This document shows, piece by piece, positions 59,389 to 64,000 of a stretch of DNA of 64,000 nt. The stretch is taken from the NCBI GenBank assembly GCA_038893355.1, contig JAWARQ010000001.1, positions 32,001 to 96,000 on the forward strand. Reading direction: 5' to 3'. Every line of letters starts with the position of its first letter. Positions within the stretch are counted from its first letter, which is position 1. The translations under genes were made by a program, and so were the position numbers. The notes beneath the pieces are model-generated. The model was not told where the DNA came from and made no database searches. It saw nothing but the letters and a program-made list of their open reading frames with translations. This stretch comes from Sulfolobaceae archaeon (GTDB lineage: Archaea; Thermoproteota; Thermoprotei_A; Sulfolobales; Sulfolobaceae).

Positions 59389-59751
59389 GTGAGCAGTGCC
59401 CCTGATTTCTTAAGACATATCGTAAGTAAGATATTAACACCGAATTCAATGGATATAAAACGATTAGAAGATGCTAGAAGATTACTTGCAAAAGCTGAAG
59501 CAAAATATAAATTTTCCTCCTATGGAGGAGATCCATCTAAACTTGCAGATTATTTAAAGAGTCCAGATTTTATTGAGCTAGTAATAGTCATAGGAATAGA
59601 TTTGGCAGAAAAGCTTTTACTTACAATTATGAATACATACAAAGATGAAAAAATATTAAGTACTGTAAAAAAAGTTCTTGAAGAGCTTAAAGGATTTGAG
59701 AATACTTCAGAGGAATCCTCAACATTAATTGTATATAATAAAAAATATTAA
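59389..59751 (+). CDS. Hypothetical protein
   Basis: 120-aa helical ORF with GGAGG RBS. Confidence 0.7.
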   Translation: MSSAPDFLRHIVSKILTPNSMDIKRLEDARRLLAKAEAKYKFSSYGGDPSKLADYLKSPDFIELVIVIGIDLAEKLLLTIMNTYKDEKILSTVKKVLEELKGFENTSEESSTLIVYNKKY

Positions 59752-59757
59752 TTAATT

Positions 59758-61461
59758 TTAATCAAGCGATGGTGAAGTTCCTCCTCCTTCTCCAGTTCCT
59801 GGCTTACTTTCTTCTTCTCCTCCCTTCTTCTCCTTACCCTTTTCAGACTTTAATGGAGATGCTGCAATTAAGTCATCAATCTTCAATATCGCAGTAGCAG
59901 CTTCAGTAGCACTCTTTAAAACTTGAGCCTTAACTCTAATTGGCTCAATCACATTCAGGCTAAGCATATCATCAACGATTCTTCCATTTACTACATCCAC
60001 ACCAGCATTAACTAATCCTTTAGCATGTCTAGCTCTTAAATCCATTAATGATGCAATTGGCTCTAATCCTGCAGTACTGGCTAATATCATTGGTATTTCT
60101 TCTAAAGCATTTGCAAAGGCTTCTATAGCTAATTGCTCCTTACCACCAACAGTTCTCGCATATTCTCTTAATCTTATTGCTAATTCTTCCTCAATTGCAC
60201 CTCCACCTGGGACTATCATTGGCTCCATTAGTATGTTTCTTAGCGAATGTAAAGCATCATTAATACTTCTTTCAGCCTCATCTAATGCCATATCATTTGA
60301 GCCTCTTAATAATATATTAACAGCCCTTGGATTCTTAGCGCCTTCAATAAACACCATTTTATCATTACCGACTCTTCTTTCCTCAACTAGTTCGGCATAT
60401 CCTAAATCTTCAGGAGTTGCATCCTTTATACTACTTATTATTCTAGCACCTAGTGCCTTTTCTAGCTTCTCGATATCACTTCTCTTTACTCTTCTAACTG
60501 CAAGAATTCCCTTCTTAGCTAAGAAGTGTTGCGCTACATCATCAATACCTTTTTGACATATTACTACATTAGCACCTATACTAGCTAATTTATCAACCAT
60601 TTCCTTAAGATATTTAGCCTCTTCATCTAAGAATGCCTTTATTTGCTCTGGACTAGTTATACTTATTTTTGCAGAGATCTCTGGCTTTTCTACCTCGAGT
60701 GCAGCATCTAATACAGCAATCTTAGCCTTTTCTACTCTCCTCGGCATTCCAGCATGTACAACTTCTTTATCTAAAACTAAACCATGCACTAAGATACTAT
60801 CTTCAATACTTCCTCCTTTCTTCTTATCAATCTTAACAAGTGATAAGTCTACATTATAACCTCCAGTAGGTAAAGGTTCTGCAACTTTAGTAACTGCATC
60901 TATTACTATATCTATTATTTTATTTAAACTTTCAGCACCTTCTGCAATAAACTTACTTGCTATTGTAGTATAAACAATCTTCCTTAACTCTGCTCTAGTA
61001 ACCGGGGAGTTTAAGTCTGATACATCAACTTTTTTACCTATTTGATATAAAATTTCTAATGCCTTATTTAGTGCTTTTTTATATCCTTCAATTATTATTA
61101 CTGGATGTATATTTTGATCTAGTAAACTATCCGCTTTATCTAATAGCAATCCTGCAAGAACTACTGCAGATGTAGTTCCATCCCCTACCTCAGCATCCTG
61201 AGCCTTTGCTGCCTCAACTAACAGCTTTGCTGCAGGGTGTTGTATCTCCATATCTTTTACAATTGTTGCACCATCATTAGTTATCGTTACATCACCAAAG
61301 CTATCAATTAGCATTTTGTCTAATCCTTTTGGACCGAGACTACTCTTTAACATTTCAGCTAGAGTTTTTGCTGCTAGTATGTTGTTCTTTAATGCATCCC
61401 TTCCAGTTGTTCTAGAAGTTCCTTCTTTAAATAATACTACAGGTAATCCAGCCCTAGCCAT
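59758..61461 (-). CDS. thsA: Thermosome alpha subunit
   Basis: [38 protein letters not shown]. Confidence 0.95.
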   Translation of the reverse strand: MARAGLPVVLFKEGTSRTTGRDALKNNILAAKTLAEMLKSSLGPKGLDKMLIDSFGDVTITNDGATIVKDMEIQHPAAKLLVEAAKAQDAEVGDGTTSAVVLAGLLLDKADSLLDQNIHPVIIIEGYKKALNKALEILYQIGKKVDVSDLNSPVTRAELRKIVYTTIASKFIAEGAESLNKIIDIVIDAVTKVAEPLPTGGYNVDLSLVKIDKKKGGSIEDSILVHGLVLDKEVVHAGMPRRVEKAKIAVLDAALEVEKPEISAKISITSPEQIKAFLDEEAKYLKEMVDKLASIGANVVICQKGIDDVAQHFLAKKGILAVRRVKRSDIEKLEKALGARIISSIKDATPEDLGYAELVEERRVGNDKMVFIEGAKNPRAVNILLRGSNDMALDEAERSINDALHSLRNILMEPMIVPGGGAIEEELAIRLREYARTVGGKEQLAIEAFANALEEIPMILASTAGLEPIASLMDLRARHAKGLVNAGVDVVNGRIVDDMLSLNVIEPIRVKAQVLKSATEAATAILKIDDLIAASPLKSEKGKEKKGGEEESKPGTGEGGGTSPSLD

Positions 61462-61681
61462 ATTACCTTCACCAACGTTATGAGTCATTAATATTCGGTT
61501 ATATAAAAATTTTTCTATTATCGCTTTAGAGCAATCTGAACTATATCATAAACGTAGAAATAAACCTATTTACTAAATAAAATTAATTTAGAAATTGATT
61601 TATTACATGATAGAGAGCTATGTTTTTATTTTTATGATAAGGATAAGGATATTGATTAGGAAAGAAATAAAAGGGATAGTA

Positions 61682-62392
61682 ATGATTTGTATAAGATGTA
61701 ACAAAAGAGAAGCAGAAGTTATTATTGCAGGGAAAAAATTATGCGAATATTGTGCGAGAAATGAGATTATAAATAGATTAAGAAAAAATATTAATAAGTT
61801 AAACTCTAATAAGATAGTTTTAATTTATTATAAATTTAATTCTGATATAAATAAAATCTTAGAATCAACTGTTAAATATATTAATATCGATAAATATTAT
61901 TTTATGGAAACTTATAATAGAATCGATAAATATTTATGGAAACTTATAATAGAATCGATAAATATTTTAAAAAATAAAAATGATATAAAAATTATAACAC
62001 CATTTACTGCCGATTTCTTAGCGGCATATACAATTTATTCTGCAATAACTGGGGAGTTTAGATATTCACAATTTATAGATTATGAGGTTATAGTAAACGA
62101 AAAAATAAAATTATATCAACCATTTTATAATATAACCCTTTCTGAACTTAATGTAATTGAAGAAGTTAAGATTTTAAATACTGGAGATCTTTTATTCGAT
62201 AAAATTTACTCATGGATTTTATCTAACTTAAAAGATAGTGAAGAATTGCTTAGATCCTTTAGGAATTCCTCATTACTTATAAAGCCTTTTATTAGTAAAA
62301 AATGTAAAAAATGTGGAGCTAATATAAATGATATTAACTCTGAATACTGTGAGAATTGTACAACTCTTGTAACTTCTTTCTTTCAGAGCTAG
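61682..62392 (+). CDS. Zn-finger-flanked protein, degenerate TtuA/Ctu-like architecture
   Basis: N-terminal CIRC/CEYC, central TADFLA and YQPFY, C-terminal CKKC/CENC; no PP-loop. Confidence 0.55.
   Translation: MICIRCNKREAEVIIAGKKLCEYCARNEIINRLRKNINKLNSNKIVLIYYKFNSDINKILESTVKYINIDKYYFMETYNRIDKYLWKLIIESINILKNKNDIKIITPFTADFLAAYTIYSAITGEFRYSQFIDYEVIVNEKIKLYQPFYNITLSELNVIEEVKILNTGDLLFDKIYSWILSNLKDSEELLRSFRNSSLLIKPFISKKCKKCGANINDINSEYCENCTTLVTSFFQS
61886..61967 (+). repeat. 35-bp perfect overlapping repeat, period 32 (out of frame), plus a partial third copy
   Basis: tttatggaaacttataatagaatcgataaatattt at 61901 and 61933; atcgataaatatt also at 61886. Confidence 0.92.
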
Positions 62393-63155
62393 TAAGTATA
62401 ATCTCAAACACTAGGCCTTGGGGATTTTTTCTTAAATTGTTATATTCACTTGGTGAAATGATACCCTCTTCAGTATAATAGAAATGGCCACTTTTTACTA
62501 TTTCTAAGAAGCCATTAGGATTTAACTTCATATATTCCCTTAATAATTCTATTATATTTAATTCAGATTTTAAAATTTTCTCGCTCATTACATAATTACA
62601 AACTTTACAACTTAAATCTGGCATTATTGAGTAGAATTGGCATTTAGGGCATTTAATTGGGGATCTTATGCCATATAAGTTCCAATTATTTCTTAGTATA
62701 TCAATAAGGAAATCTTTATTCCTTTTTTTAAGTTCTGAATAAAGATTTCCAATAATATTCGGTAATCCTTTTTTAATATTATATACTATGAATTCCAATT
62801 GTTCGTCACTCATTCTCTCTATCGGTTTAATCATCAATAATTTCATAGCAAAATATTCATAAAGCGAATCTAAATTTGCCTGTAGCCTATTAATTATTGT
62901 CTTAGATTTAGGCTTAGTCTTTACTTCACCAACTGCATTTGAAAAAGGTTCTTTTAAAAGTTCTATGTATTCCTCTTTAGCCAAATTTAGATATGACAAA
63001 CCTAAGCCTAAAATTATCTCTTCTAAATATTCTTCTAATAGATTATCAGGATTTACATATTTTTCCCTACTCTTGCTTTTCCTTTTACCTACATTACTTT
63101 CGGTACTAATTGATTCTTTCTTTTGTTCAACCTTAGTACTCTTTCTTCTCGGCAC
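62334..63155 (-). CDS. Hypothetical Zn-ribbon protein
   Basis: CPKCQFYSIMPDLSCKVC; 273 aa. Confidence 0.7.
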   Translation of the reverse strand: MPRRKSTKVEQKKESISTESNVGKRKSKSREKYVNPDNLLEEYLEEIILGLGLSYLNLAKEEYIELLKEPFSNAVGEVKTKPKSKTIINRLQANLDSLYEYFAMKLLMIKPIERMSDEQLEFIVYNIKKGLPNIIGNLYSELKKRNKDFLIDILRNNWNLYGIRSPIKCPKCQFYSIMPDLSCKVCNYVMSEKILKSELNIIELLREYMKLNPNGFLEIVKSGHFYYTEEGIISPSEYNNLRKNPQGLVFEIILTSSERKKLQELYNSHSIQS

Positions 63156-63187
63156 TATAATTTATTTATTTTTAAATTATTAAAAAG

Positions 63188-63526
63188 CTAGACATATTGT
63201 GCTAGGTCTTGGAAATCTAGTGGTAACATTCTCTTCTTATCTACTATTTCTTGATACTTTTTCTCTAAAAATGAAATAAATACGTTACAAGTCTCATATT
63301 TACCATCTCTATTACATTTCTCACCCAGTTGTAAAAAACACTTAGTAGTCTTTTTATCGAAATAAGGGCAAAGTTTATAATATGTTTTTGCACTCTTAAT
63401 CATCTTTTCAACCCATTGTTTCTTCTGATCCTTTTTTTCTGCCTCCTTTTCTGCCTTAGCTAAAACCTTATTCATCTCTTCTTCAGATATTCTAACAGAT
63501 CTATTCTTAGTAGACATTAACATCAC
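63188..63526 (-). CDS. Hypothetical Cys-containing protein
   Basis: CPYFD...CF...CNRDGKYETC. Confidence 0.7.
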   Translation of the reverse strand: MMLMSTKNRSVRISEEEMNKVLAKAEKEAEKKDQKKQWVEKMIKSAKTYYKLCPYFDKKTTKCFLQLGEKCNRDGKYETCNVFISFLEKKYQEIVDKKRMLPLDFQDLAQYV

Positions 63527-63717
63527 CTTATAAACTATTATAAGTGTTAGTAGTAACTATTAAAACATTTACTACTATTTCTAGATTTTCCTTTTTTGGT
63601 ATCACTGTATTTCTTAGTTTGTATAATTTGAGCCATAAGAAGGCTTATTTAAAACTTAAAATTAAAATAGTAAGCAACACTAAACTAAATTTTCCAGTAA
63701 AATGGGTAGTAGAAGAA

Positions 63718-63999
63718 TTAACAGTTAAGGAGGACTTTAAATTGTTGTGAGAAACCTACCCTTAACCCCAACTTAGGGTCTTGATATAAGTAAATTATTT
63801 TTTTAGTTTGTAAGTTTCTTAAAACTCTAAATAACCAACCCATGTCTGCGTTTCTTAACTCCTCTTGAAGTTGGTCTATATACATGTATGTCGAATTCCA
63901 TTGTTTATATCTGCTTATTAACAATTCAACTACCTCTCTCTCGTCATCATCTAATTTATTTAAAATGTCCTTGACACAATCTTCTGGATCTTTCTTTTG
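63718..63999 (-). CDS. Hypothetical protein with winged-helix-like C-terminus (5' truncated by window)
   Basis: Frame open to the window end: [30 protein letters not shown]...[17 protein letters not shown]. Confidence 0.6.
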   Translation of the reverse strand, partial: QKKDPEDCVKDILNKLDDDEREVVELLISRYKQWNSTYMYIDQLQEELRNADMGWLFRVLRNLQTKKIIYLYQDPKLGLRVGFSQQFKVLLNC

Positions 64000-64000
64000 T

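Overview
AT-rich core-genome window from a crenarchaeon, most likely Sulfolobales (Rpo8, SmAP3, FBP aldolase/phosphatase, Urm1, arginine decarboxylase paralogue, SSV-type integrase scars). It holds translation and secretion operons (S19e-PDCD5-L39e-L31e-aIF6-LX-prefoldin-FtsY; SecE-Spt5-L11-L1-P0-P1-AlaRS), prpD-prpB-citrate synthase, mdh-pgk-gap, the mevalonate cluster, aCPSF1, a proteasome/tRNA-modification cluster, both thermosome subunits, ABCE1, ArgRS and 7 tRNAs (one with an intron). Mobile DNA comprises one decayed IS200/IS605 tnpB element, a possible IS remnant and integrase scars at tRNA 3' ends. Most notable observations: (1) a recurring set of perfect DNA direct repeats (16-142 bp) inside essential genes, three of them out of frame with the ORF still intact, suggesting copy-over homogenisation or an assembly artefact; (2) an unannotated 34-aa, 74% acidic micro-protein upstream of ABCE1; (3) ftsY and trm56 lack any in-frame ATG/GTG/TTG start; (4) the IS sits in the last codon of aCPSF1 without changing the protein; (5) the mevalonate-cluster thiolase lacks its catalytic residues. 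All assignments come from reading the sequence; no searches were run.
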